Notes: a model not told the origin generated them from the letters alone. A stretch of 49,574 nt of DNA from Octopus sinensis (GCF_006345805.1 NW_021834407.1:1-49574), one strand, 5' to 3'; positions 1 to 10,902 are shown, counted from the stretch's first letter. Numbers and translations: made by a program.

Positions 1-81
1 TTTTTTTGGTGCATCTAGTTAGGTACCATATTCAAGTAAATTCATTTAAATTAACTTGAATCTTTATTGCTTTTTGTAATA

Positions 82-123
<42 letters not shown>

Positions 124-128
<5 letters not shown>

Positions 129-387
129 CACCGTGATCACCATGACCGCATTGTTTTAGCCTTCAAATGAGGCCACCGTGCTGGCTAAGCGAGCAGGCCA
201 ACAGAAGAAAGAGTGGAGAACGTTGTGCGAAAGAGTACAGCAGGGATCGCCACCACCCACTGCCAGAGCCTGTGGAGCTTTAGGTGTTTTCACTCAATAA
301 ACACTCGCAACGTCCGGTCTGGGAATCGAAACCGCGATCCTCCGACTGCGGTAGTCGCTGTCCTAACCACTGGGCCATTGCGCCTCC
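124..387 (-). mobile_element. tRNA-derived SINE, class A head with tail type 1
   Basis: Minus strand begins GTGGAGGCGCAATGGCCCAGTGGTTAGG (A box) and has GGTTTCGATTCC (B box). The same head recurs at 1762, 16240, 38507, 39513, 42525 and 42827. May correspond to the published octopus OR-type tRNA SINEs; assignment unverified. Confidence 0.85.
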
Positions 388-407
388 ACACACACACACA
401 CACACAT

Positions 408-445
<38 letters not shown>

Positions 446-612
446 CACACACACACACACAACACATAATATATATATATATTATATATATATATATATA
501 TATAGATATATATCTATATATATATATATATAAATACATACATACATAACATACATACTACATAATATACATACATACATACATACATTACATACATACA
601 TACATACATACA
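388..612. repeat. compound microsatellite (CA)n(TA)n(CATA)n
   Basis: Directly visible. Confidence 0.95.
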
Positions 613-1284
613 TGTGTCCGTCTATATTTACATTTGAATACGCACAGGTGTTGTGTATTTGGTTTTGTAGATGGATCCTTGTCGACTTGTTTAGTGACCA
701 TTTTCCCATGTAGGTAACAGAATACTGTTTTTGCAACTGGAGATCTGCAACACTCTATGATAAACCGCACCTCCACCCGGCACAAATACTAACATACAAA
801 CACCTTCAGTTACGCACGTACATTCATACATACACGCAACACAACATACCTAGCTACGCACACAAACACACTTACGTACCTATCTACACACAAGGCATTC
901 ATACATACGCATGTCCACACATGTAACTAATTAATTAACGAGTTGATATTATTCATAGAATATATATGTATATTAGGTGAACGTGCGTAAACAAACAGGA
1001 ATGGCGAGAAATAAAAACATTGAGAGAGATTCAGATGTGTTAATATCTACACTTACACACATTTGTACGTGTATATATATATATGTATATTTGTATATAT
1101 ACATATATATATATATATATGTATGTGTATATATATCTATATATATGTATATATATATAGTATATATATATGTAATATATATATATATGTATATATATAT
1201 AAATAGATATATATATATTTATATATATATACAGATATAAATATGTATATATATATATATATAATATATATATTATATATATAT

Positions 1285-1472
1285 CAAGGTAATCCCAAAA
1301 AAAGCACAAAAAAAAAACACACAACGCGAGGAGGTGGAACAAATATAGTATTATTGGAAGCTCAGGAAAGAAGGAAAGAAGGAGGGTTTAACGTTTCGAG
1401 CGGAGCTCTTCGTCGGAAACATAGAAGGAAAGATCCAGAGAAGGGAAGACAGAGGAAAAAAATCGCCAACGG
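1285..1472 (-). mobile_element. Penelope-like element terminal fragment (type 1) in (TA)n
   Basis: Homologous in reverse orientation to 26097-26280, flanked by (TA)n on both sides, and contains a hammerhead-like motif typical of PLE termini. Confidence 0.6.
1386..1420 (-). ncRNA. minimal type-I hammerhead ribozyme-like motif
   Basis: Minus strand reads GUUU-CCGACGA-A-GAGC(UCC)GCUC-GAAAC-GUU-AAAC: stem I GUUU/AAAC, stem II 4 bp, loopless palindromic stem III. Core has U4C relative to CUGANGA. Confidence 0.55.
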
Positions 1473-1506
1473 TATATATATGTATGTATATATACATAAA
1501 AAAAAC

Positions 1507-1762
1507 TATAAACGTCGCCCTTTTCAAGCCTAGCCAGACTCATGGGCCCGTTTTCCCGGTTTCTGTGGTGTATGTGTACCCCCCATCTCCCCAGCTGGAC
1601 GGGACGCTAGTACATCACAGCGTTACTCAAGAGACAGGAAGAGAGAGTGAGAGAATGCTGTGGTGAAAGAGTATAAACACACAACGCCTGATCTGGGATT
1701 CGAAACCGCGATCCTCCGACCGCGAGTCCGCTGCCCTAACCACTGGGTCATTGCGCCTCCAC
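1507..1762 (-). mobile_element. SINE class A head with V-domain-like tail
   Basis: A head, then GCTGTGATGTACTAGCGTCCCGTCCAG and GAAACCGGG...GGCCCATGAG, similar to 7468-7773 and resembling V-SINE core/tail motifs. Confidence 0.75.
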
Positions 1763-1885
1763 TTATACATACATATATATATGTATGTATATATACATAT
1801 CTCAGTTAATATTAGATGTATATACTCCTTCCCACACCGATATATTTTACATATATTCACTAATACATGCAAGCATACACATACA

Positions 1886-2165
1886 GACTATGAATTCTTA
1901 TGATTACCAATAATAAATGCAGCACTAGGTTTTGTTAGTAAATGCTTAGAAGAGAATCTGGATAAACTGGGATTTTCAGAAAGAGAACTCGACCGGCAGA
2001 TTCGCACATTACAAGTGCAATCTGTGAGTGGCACAGTAGAAATATGCAAGACTTTTCTCAAGTTCCAAATTTGTGTGTGTTAATTACTTCTCAAAGATTG
2101 AGCCTTGTCTCTTTGTTGGAAACCGACTCCGTCCTCAGTGGAAGATTTGTAGTAATTAAAAAATA
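1886..2165 (+). pseudogene. 3' remnant of an RLE-type (R4/Dong/NeSL-like) non-LTR retrotransposon
   Basis: 1886-2065 translates to DYEFL*LPIINAALGFVSKCLEENLDKLGFSERELDRQIRTLQVQSVSGTVEICKTFLKF, resembling the C-terminus of restriction-like endonuclease domains (P-I-I-x-G/A-A-L-G ... LQ ... GT). One in-frame stop. Putative 3' UTR runs into (CA)n. Confidence 0.6.
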
Positions 2166-2236
2166 GAAGAAACATATACACACAAACACACACAAACACA
2201 CACATACACACACACACACACACATACACACACACA

Positions 2237-2276
<40 letters not shown>

Positions 2277-2340
2277 ATCATATAATATCCTGGCGGTTAC
2301 AATATTTCCTCTGAAGTCAGTTTCAGATGCCAGCTAATCA

Positions 2341-2426
2341 TTGGGCAAGTGTGTTATACCATAGCCTCGGGCCGACCAAAGCCTTGTGAGTGGATTTGGT
2401 AAACGGAAACTGAAAGAAGCTCGTCC
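2341..2426 (+). mobile_element. SINE class B fragment
   Basis: TTGGGCAAGTG...GGGCCGACCAAAGCCTTGTGAGTGGATTTGGT...GAAACTGAAAGAAGC matches the B consensus. Confidence 0.8.
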
Positions 2427-2462
2427 TATATCCATATCTATCTATCTATCTATCTATCTATC

Positions 2463-3701
2463 GGATGCGTCCCGATGGTCAGGCGATCCATTTGCTGTCA
2501 ACACCCGTTAAAAGGAGGGCTGGGCATGCCGTGTTGTGATGCGCAGACACGCGCTGAGACTGCGACATCTCTGGCTCTATGTAGACGACGGTGAACAGGG
2601 TGGTCGCCGTTTGTGAGGCACGCTTTCCCCGCGCTCGTCTCCATGACCGAACTGCAGTCGTGGATCAAAAGAGAGGCCGAGGAAGGGCGAATGGCACCGC
2701 GAGTGTCGCGTTGCTCTCAAGCAACTCTGCCGTCCTGGGTCGACCTTAAGTGACTTCAACACAACCAAAGCATTCTATGGGTTTAGTGGAGGGGAGGTAC
2801 GACGACGAGCTCGGGGCGAACCTGGACGTCGACGAGGAGTACCTGACCCGCCTGTTCGGGACGACTTTCGGGCCAGGGCCCATGGACAACTTCCAGAGAT
2901 CCCTGGCCTGGCAGTGCTACCGAGAAGCGCTACCCGTTCGGGATAAGCTCTACAGACACGGCTCGAGAAACACGGGGGCCGACCTGCCCGAGATGCGGTC
3001 AGAGCGACGAAACCGTTCTGCACGCACTCGTTCAGTGTCAAAACATTTCCGACCTGTGGGCTTATGTCGAACAACTGCTGTCACGTGTGGGACGAGTCGG
3101 TTTATCAGCTGAGTCTATCGTCAATATTGTCACGCCTCCTTCCTTCAAACGGGGGGAGAGCTATTTTCATCATCCTTTGGCTATGGCGAAAGAATATCTG
3201 GTGGGACACGTCTGAAAGGGGGGAGACAAACACTTTCCTCTCTGGTCAATCTCTCATCAACTTCTTCAAGTACCACTTGAAAAGGAAAGTGAGAGTAGAG
3301 AGGCAAGTTTTGTCTAGCGAATGTTTTAAAAAAAGATGGGTGAAAATGTAGCAAGAATGGCACGTATGAATGACGAAGCCACCTTGAGCATAGTCCTATG
3401 AACCCAGAAATCGAAAACAGAGAGTTGCTTATTTGCAAAAAAAAAAAAAAAAAAAAAAAAAGAATATAAAATGTGACTTCATTGACCGAGGTTACCGTGG
3501 TCTTTTCGTAGGCTTTTCTTTCCACGGGTAAACCCACCTGTCCTCCCCTTTACACTTCATATTGACATTTCTGTGATAACGATCCCTATTGATATTTTTT
3601 TTTCCTCCCCCCCCCCTTTTTTTTTTTTAAAAACCCCCCCCCTTTTTTTTTGTCTCTCTTTCTCTCCTTTTACGATCCCTTTTGATCGAAAACTCCCCCT
3701 T

Positions 3702-3735
<34 letters not shown>

Positions 3736-3805
3736 CTCAAAAGAAAAGCTCTACCTTGTAATTTGTTCTATCTGTGTGCAGCCCTGGGTGGCTAATAAAG
3801 AAACA
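2463..3805 (+). mobile_element. L1/Tx1-clade non-LTR retrotransposon, 5'-truncated copy 1
   Basis: Near-identical to 21725-23131. Contains the zinc-knuckle region of ORF2 with frameshifts and a T-rich 3' UTR ending GCTAATAAAGAAAC. (TATC)n on both flanks. Confidence 0.9.
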
Positions 3806-3829
3806 TATCTATCTATCTATCTATCTATC

Positions 3830-3865
<36 letters not shown>

Positions 3866-3938
3866 GTTTGTCTGTCTATCTATTACCTCTGGATATCTGT
3901 TGCTTACTTTGATGATGATGATGATATATATATATATA

Positions 3939-4101
3939 GGCGCAGGAGTGGCTGTGTGGTAAGTAGCTTGCTAACCAACCACATGGTTCCGGGTTCAGAC
4001 CCACTGCGTGGCATCTTGGGCAAGTGGCTTCTGCTATAGCCCTGGGCCGACCAATGCCATGTGAGTGGATTTGGTAGACGGAAACTGAAAGAAGCCTGTC
4101 G

Positions 4102-4134
<33 letters not shown>

Positions 4135-4345
4135 ATGTTTGTGTGTCTGTGTTTGTCCCCCTCGCATTGCTTGACAACCGATGCTTGTGTGTTTACGTCC
4201 CTGTCACTTAGCGGTTCGACAAAAGAGACCGATAGAATAAGTACTGGGCTTACAAAGAATAAGTCCCGGGGTCGATTTGCTCAACTAAAGGCGGTGCCAG
4301 CATGGCCGCAGTAAATGACTGAAACAAGTAAAAGAGTAAAAGAGT
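3939..4345 (+). mobile_element. SINE class B, full length with internal (TA)n(TG)n
   Basis: Head GGCGCAGGAGTGGCTGTGTGGTAAG, B box GGTTCAG(A/T)CC, internal microsatellite, tail CAAGTAAAAGAGTAAAAGAG. Confidence 0.9.
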
Positions 4346-4399
4346 ATATATATATATATATAATATTATATATATATAATATATATATATATTTATATA

Positions 4400-4526
4400 T
4401 CAGTCCCACTGCGTGACACCTTGGACAAGTTCTTCAACTGTAGCCTCGGCCGACCAAAGCCTTGTGATTGGTTTTGGTAGACGGAAACTGAAAGAAGCCC
4501 ATCGTATGTATGTATATATATTATAT

Positions 4527-4585
<59 letters not shown>

Positions 4586-4783
4586 TTGTTTGCCCCCACC
4601 CAACATCACTTGACAACTGATACTGTGCGTTTACGTGCCCGTAAGCAGTAGTTCGGCAAAAGAGACCGATAGAATAAGTACTAGGCTTACAAAGAATAAG
4701 TCCGGGGTCAATTTATTCGACTACAGGCGGTGCTCCAGCAGGGCCGCAGTCAAATGACTGACATAAGCAAAAGAATAAAAGAA
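4400..4783 (+). mobile_element. SINE class B, 5'-truncated
   Basis: Matches the B consensus from CAGTCCCACTGCG to the AAAAGAATAAAAGA tail. Confidence 0.85.
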
Positions 4784-4860
4784 TATCTTAAAGCATGTTT
4801 TACATTAATCTGACATCCTTGGATCATATAATCCATAGTGCGTATGCATAAATATATAAC

Positions 4861-5006
4861 GGCTGTGTGGTAAGAAGTTTGCTTCCCAACCACATGGCTC
4901 CGGGTTCAGTCCCACTCTATGGCACCTTCAGTAAGTGTCTTCTTCTCCAGGTCAACCAAAGCGTTGTGAGTAGATTTAGTAGATGGAAACTGAAAGACGC
5001 CGTTGT
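4861..5006 (+). mobile_element. SINE class B 5' half, interrupted by a mariner MITE
   Basis: B consensus up to GAAACTGAAAGACGCCGT. Confidence 0.8.
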
Positions 5007-5009
5007 ACA

Positions 5010-5266
5010 TATCTGACTGGTGCATAATTAATGCGGCTTTTTTTCAACAAATTTTATTCAATTAAACCAGTAATATTTAGCAAAAACATCCTTAAATGAC
5101 GGTCTGACTGTCTGTCTGCCAAGCAAATGGGAAGCAATAATTGAAGTAGATGGTGAATATGCTCCGGAATAATCCTTTAAAAGATGTTCTTGTTATATGT
5201 TGTTGTTGTTTTTGTTGAATATAATTTGCTGAAGAAAAGCCGCAGTAATTGTGCACCAACCCAATA
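5010..5266 (+). mobile_element. mariner-derived MITE (internal-deletion derivative)
   Basis: Left end TATCTGACTGGTGCATAATTAATGCGGCTTTT pairs with right end AAAAGCCGCAGTAATTGTGCACCAACCCAATA. TA-flanked. Interior encodes LPSKWEAIIEVDGEYAPE*, like the mariner transposase C-terminus. Confidence 0.8.
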
Positions 5267-5544
5267 TGTGTGTGCGTGTGTGTGTGTGCGTGTGTGTGTG
5301 TGTGTGGTGTGTGTGTGTGTGTGTGTGTGAGTGTGTGTGCGTCCGTGCGTCATCGCGCTCGAATGCATGCATTATTCTAAGCAAGAATAATATTTATTGT
5401 GACTTCGAAGTTTCGGCCAGTTAAGCTAACATCGGACTGCGGATATCTATATGCATATATGCGTGTATGTGTGTGTGTGTGTGTGTACACACTCATAAAG
5501 ATAGATAGAGGCAGACAGGTATATATCGAAGTATATCTACCTAT

Positions 5545-6111
5545 CTACATACATACATGCATTCATACACCTACATACACACATTAACATATGCATACAT
5601 ACATACACACACATACATGCATACATAGACACACATATACATACACATATGCATACATACATACATACATACATACAGATAGACACATACGTACATGCAT
5701 ACATACACACATACGTACATTCACAAATACATGCATACCTACACACATATACATACATACACATATACATACATACACACAAACATACATGCATACATAC
5801 ACACACATATACACATATACATAACATACATACATACATACATACACACACATACATACACACATGCATACATACACACATACATACATACATACATACA
5901 TGCACACATATACAAATGCATACATACATATATACACACACATATACATACACGCATACACACATACATACATGCATAGATGCATACATGCACACATACA
6001 CGCATACATACACACATACATGCATATATATACACACACACATACACACATACATTCATACATACATACATATACACACATGCATACACACACACATAGA
6101 CAATCGCGCCC

Positions 6112-6150
<39 letters not shown>
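5545..6150. repeat. degenerate (CATA/CA)n tract
   Basis: Directly visible; source of the HTYI/MYVC pseudo-ORFs. Confidence 0.95.
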
Positions 6151-6606
6151 TGTGAAAATACATGTTACGGTCCCATGTATGCCTGTCCCCGTTTAAGCCT
6201 TGCAACAGTCGGCATATGCTCTCTATTCTTTCTCTCCTTTTCTCAACACCTTTTCGCATTTTGTATACTTGTGTTTTCTTGCTGATTTCTTGCTACAGCC
6301 GCTAATAAACGACTGGCTATTTGGTTGATAAACACAACCAGTGTTTTAGTAATTAAACACCCGGCCAGGTGTGTTTATAGCGTCAACAGAGCCAGGTTTG
6401 ATGTTTAATTAATACAACAGAATAATAAAAATATATTTCATCATTTCTTATTTACATTCCAAACTACATTCGGTATGTTCAGCAAATATAAATAGTTTTA
6501 ACACAAGATGCTTTGCACATTGCTTCCAGTTACGCTTGAATATTCTGCTAAAGTTCCCTTTTTTTTTGTCTCAGTTTTTATTTTCTTTTTCGGAAACTTT
6601 TCTTAA

Positions 6607-6607
<1 letters not shown>

Positions 6608-6637
<30 letters not shown>

Positions 6638-6737
6638 TGTATGTATGTATGTATGTATGTGTATGTGTGTGTATGTGTGTGTATGAATGAATGTATGTAT
6701 GTATGTGTGTATGTATGTATGTATGTATGTATGTATG

Positions 6738-6771
<34 letters not shown>

Positions 6772-6789
6772 TGTATGTATGTATGTATG

Positions 6790-6828
<39 letters not shown>

Positions 6829-7096
6829 ATGTATGTGTGTGTGTGTATGTACATGTATGTATGTATGTATGTATGTATGTATGTAGTATGTATATTATAT
6901 ATATATGTACACTATGTATATATACGTAATATATGAAGAGAGAGAGAAGAAGAGAGGAAGAGGGAGAGGGAGATAGACAGACAGAAAGAGAGAGGAAAAG
7001 AGGAAGAGGAAGAGGCAGACGGAGAGTGAGAGTGACAGAAAGTAAGAGATGTATGTGGTAAGAGAGAAAGAAAAATAGATGGATAGACGGACAAAC

Positions 7097-7151
<55 letters not shown>

Positions 7152-7215
7152 CAGACAGAGATTGACTGAGTGACTGATTGATTAATTGAATGATTGATTG
7201 ATTGATTGACTGATT
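6608..7215. repeat. compound microsatellite (TATG)n,(GA)n,(GATA)n,(TTGA)n
   Basis: Directly visible. Confidence 0.9.
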
Positions 7216-7248
7216 AATAAATACATAGATATAGTTTTAAATTTATAA

Positions 7249-7369
7249 TTAAGGGTAATAATAGGCAGTACCGGCATGGTAAATATAGCAGGCAAAATGA
7301 CCAAACCACAAGTCTAGGTATTTTGGCTGCTATATTTAGCATGCCAGTACTGCTTGTTAGCACCCTTAA
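7249..7369. mobile_element. TTAA-flanked foldback MITE (Kolobok-type GG...CC ends)
   Basis: TTAA-GGGT...ACCC-TTAA. Arms 7253-7302 and 7317-7365 are reverse complements with a few mismatches around a 14-nt loop. Confidence 0.65.
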
Positions 7370-7467
7370 TCATTAATTGATAATTTTTTAGCTTCATGTG
7401 GGTATTTTACGCATGCTAAGCCACTGATATTGTTATAAACAATAATATCCTCATATATATTTAGATA

Positions 7468-7771
7468 TGTTTGTTCCTTCTCGAGCCATGCCTGGCTCAT
7501 AAGGCCGCCGGTTTCCCGGTTTCCTTGGCGTATAGGTTCCCCACCTGGACGGGACGCCGGTCCGTCGCAGGTGAGCTGCAAGATGCAGGAGGAAAGCGTG
7601 AGAGAAAGTTGTGACGAAAGGGTCAGCAGAAGTTCGCCTTTACCTTCTGCCGGAGCTGCGTGGTGCTTAGGTTTTTCGCTCATAAAACACACACATCGCC
7701 CGGTCTGAGATTCGAACCCGCGATCCCTCGACCACGAGTCAGCTGCTCTAACCACTAGGCCACGTGCCTCC

Positions 7772-7773
<2 letters not shown>
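7468..7773 (-). mobile_element. tRNA-derived SINE, A-related head with V-domain-like core
   Basis: Head GGAGGCACGTGGCCTAGTGGTTAGAGC and B box GGGTTCGAATC; core CCTGCGACGGACCGGCGTCCCGTCCAGG resembles the V-SINE domain. Confidence 0.8.
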
Positions 7774-7817
<44 letters not shown>

Positions 7818-7845
7818 ACGGAAGTTGTGTGGAAGACCGTCGTAT

Positions 7846-8243
7846 AGAAACGCCGGGCGAAATGCTTAGCAGTATTTCGTCTGCCGTTACGTTCTGAGTT
7901 CAAATTCCACCGAGGTCGACTTTGCCTTTCATCCTTTCGGGGGTTTATAAATTAAGTACCAGTTACGCACTGGGGGTCGATGTAATCGACTTAATCCGTT
8001 TGTCTGTCCTTGTTTGTCCTCTCTGTGTTTAGCCTCTTGTTGGTAGTAAAGAAATCGGTATTTCGTCTGTCGCTACGTTCTGAGTTCAAATTCCGCCGAG
8101 GACGACTTTGCCTTTCATCCTTTCGGGGGTTGATAAATTAAGTACCAGTTACGCACTGGGGTTCGATGTAATCGACTTAATCCCTTTGTCTGTCCTTGTT
8201 TGTCCTCTCTGTGTTTAGCCCCTTGTGGGTAGTAAAGAAAAAT
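7846..8243 (+). mobile_element. SINE class C, head-to-tail dimer
   Basis: Two units; the second starts at 8057 with GGTATTTCGTC. Core GCCTTTCATCCTTTCGGGGTCGATAAATTAAGTACCAG resembles the Meta-type SINE domain (from memory, unverified). Confidence 0.85.
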
Positions 8244-8246
8244 ATA

Positions 8247-8645
8247 TCTTTATATATAAAAGTAAGGTTGTGTGTCTGTCTCCTACGATTTAGATTCCTA
8301 ACTACTCCCACATTTTGCGGTGCAATGTAACCAAAACCGGGTATCTTATAGTCGTGATTCATATCGAGCCCTTCTGGGTATTAGCGCGCGTCTACGATGA
8401 GTCTACGATTTAAAAAAAAAATTACCATCATTTTTTTCCATTTTAATGCATTTTTTCGCTATTAAAAAAGGGAAGTAACTCTCTAGAAATGTCTACGATG
8501 AGTCAACGATTTAAAAAAAAATTTACCATAATTTTTTTCCATTTTTGATGCATTTTTTTACTATTTTTTGGCTATAACTCTCTAATAATGCTTATATACA
8601 TACATTTCCCTTACAAACCCGAGCAACGCCGGGCGATACTGCTAG
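8247..8645 (+). mobile_element. non-autonomous Helitron
   Basis: 5' TC(TTTATATATAAAA); 3' hairpin CCCGAGCAACGCCGGG then CGATACTG-CTAG; inserted between A and T; internal ~100-bp duplication. Confidence 0.85.
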
Positions 8646-8655
8646 TCTCTCTCTC

Positions 8656-8699
<44 letters not shown>

Positions 8700-8700
8700 G

Positions 8701-8735
<35 letters not shown>

Positions 8736-9142
8736 ATGCGTGTGTACATATGTCTGCGACTGGAGAAGGTATGGTCACAGCATCCTAGTGGTTCGTTAAA
8801 AATCCAGCCTAACGATTATCGAATCAATCCCCAAACCACAAATCAGAATCACAGCGAAAGAAACATGAGTAGCAAAAAACTAAAATGGCTGCCATTTCGG
8901 TTGTTTAACATCGCAGCTACAATTTGACGCTTGAATCAATAAGTCAAATCAAATATTTTATGTAAAATGAAGGGAACAAGCAGCTGACTGCTGGACATTT
9001 TAGTAACGGGTCGATTGAAGCGAAGTACTTTTGTACGAGTATGTCAGTGGACGAAATTACCATGGATAGCTGTGAGAGTAGAAATAATAACCAAAGCGTT
9101 AAGAATAATGTGAAAGAAGTCATACGGCAGAAGGTAATGAAA

Positions 9143-9903
9143 GGCGGCGAGCTGGCAGAAACGTTAGCACGCCGGGCGAAATGCGTAGCTGTATTTCGTT
9201 CTGAGTTCAAATTCCGCCTAGGTCGACTTTGCCTTTCATCCTTTCGGGGTCGAGAAATTAAGTACCAGTTAAGCACTGGAGTCGATATAATCGACTTAAT
9301 CCGTTTGTCTGTCCTTGTTTGTCCTCTCTGTGTGTATCCCCTTGTGGGCAGTAAAGAAATAGGTATTTCGTCTGTTGCTACGTTCTGAGTTCAAATTCCG
9401 CCGAGGTCGACTTTGCCTTTCATCCTTTCGGGGTCGATAAATTAAGTACCAGTTAAGCACTGGAGTCGATATAACCGACTTAATCCGTTTGTCTGTCCCC
9501 TCTGTGTGTAGCCCCTTGTGGGTAGTAAAGAAATAGGTACTTCGTCTGTTGCTACGTTCTGAGTTCAAATTCCGCCGAGGTGGACTTTGCCTTTCATCCT
9601 TTCGGGGTCGATAAAACAAGTATCAGTTACGCACTGGAGTCGATATAATCGACTTAATCCGTTTGTCGGTCCTTGTCTGTCCCCTCTATGTGTAGCCCCT
9701 TGTGGGCAGTAAAGAAATAGGTATTTCGTCTGTTGCTACGTTCTGAGTTCAAATTCCGCCGAGGTGGACTTTGCCTTTTATCCTTTCGGGGTCGATTAAA
9801 TAAGTACCAGTTAAGCACTGGAGTCGATATAATCGACTTAATCCGTTTGTCTGTCCTTGTTTGTCCCCTCTGTGTGTATCCCCTTGTGGGCAGTAAAGAA
9901 ATA
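9143..9903 (+). mobile_element. SINE class C, head-to-tail tetramer
   Basis: Units 9143-9361, 9362-9535, 9536-9719 and 9720-9903. Only the first has the GGCGGCGAGCTGGCAGAA head. Confidence 0.9.
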
Positions 9904-9928
9904 AGAAGGCAATGAAAGCAAATTTCAC

Positions 9929-10344
9929 CAGGAGTGGCTGTGTGGTAAGTGGCTTGCTAACCAACCAGATGGTTCCGGGTTCAGTCCCACTGCGTGGCAT
10001 CTTGGGCAAGTGTCTTCTGCTATAGCCCCGGGCCGACCAATGCCTTGTGAGTGGATTTGGTAGACGGAAACTGAAAGAAGCCTGTCGTATATATGTTATA
10101 TATATATAGTGTGTGTATGTGTTTGTGTTTGTCCCCCTAGCATTGCTTGACAACCGATGCTGGTGTGTTTGCGTCCCCGTCACTTAGCGGTTCGGCAAAA
10201 AGAGATCGATAGAATAAATACTGGGCTTACAAAGAATAAGTCCCGGGGTCGATTTGCTCGACTAAAAGGCGGTGCTCCAGCATGGCCGCAGTCAAATGAC
10301 TGAAACAAGTAAAAGAGTAAAAAGAGTAAAAAGAGTAAAAGAGT
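9929..10344 (+). mobile_element. SINE class B, full length
   Basis: B consensus with an (AAAAGAGT)n tail. Confidence 0.9.
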
Positions 10345-10831
10345 ATATGATGCTGGCAATAACTCGCAAACAGCCAACAGCAGTGACAGCGACACAGATG
10401 ACAGCAGAGACTGATGTGTTAATAAAATTCTATATTCAATAAGCAGTAAAATGAAACACGGTATTCTCATCTATCTATGATACCTTACTGAAGCAATTTC
10501 ACATAAGATACAGGATACTGTAAGAATAAAAAACAATCCCCTAACTCCTATTTAACACGGTCATTAATGTACAGCAAATAATACAGTTAAATAAATGATA
10601 AAAGTGTCGTCATTTGGTTAACGTTTTATCGTTTTTTTTTTGTTGCCGCCATCTTGGTTTCAAATGGTGGTTCCTGTGCGTTCCCTCTTGAAACGTTTCT
10701 CAAGAATGACGAATCTTAAGATACTTTGGCCGTACCTTCTTTTCGTCTTAAAGCAGGGGGTACTACGGAAACTCTATTTTATACCGAACTTTTTCTCGTA
10801 TATATATATATATATATATATATTCTCCCCC

Positions 10832-10902
<71 letters not shown>

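Noticed and set aside
5537-6196. Long MYVC/HTYI ORFs (also 6536-6936, 33105-34160, 43363-44245 and others)
   Set aside because: Translations of (TATG/CATA/CA/GA)n microsatellites, open in most frames on both strands.
9143-9903. CRISPR-like array
   Set aside because: Units are ~180-bp SINE bodies with no unique spacers; eukaryotic context.
10645-10657. GCCGCCATCTTGG YY1-type motif as a promoter
   Set aside because: Single motif in DNA-transposon-like context, with no downstream ORF or other promoter evidence.
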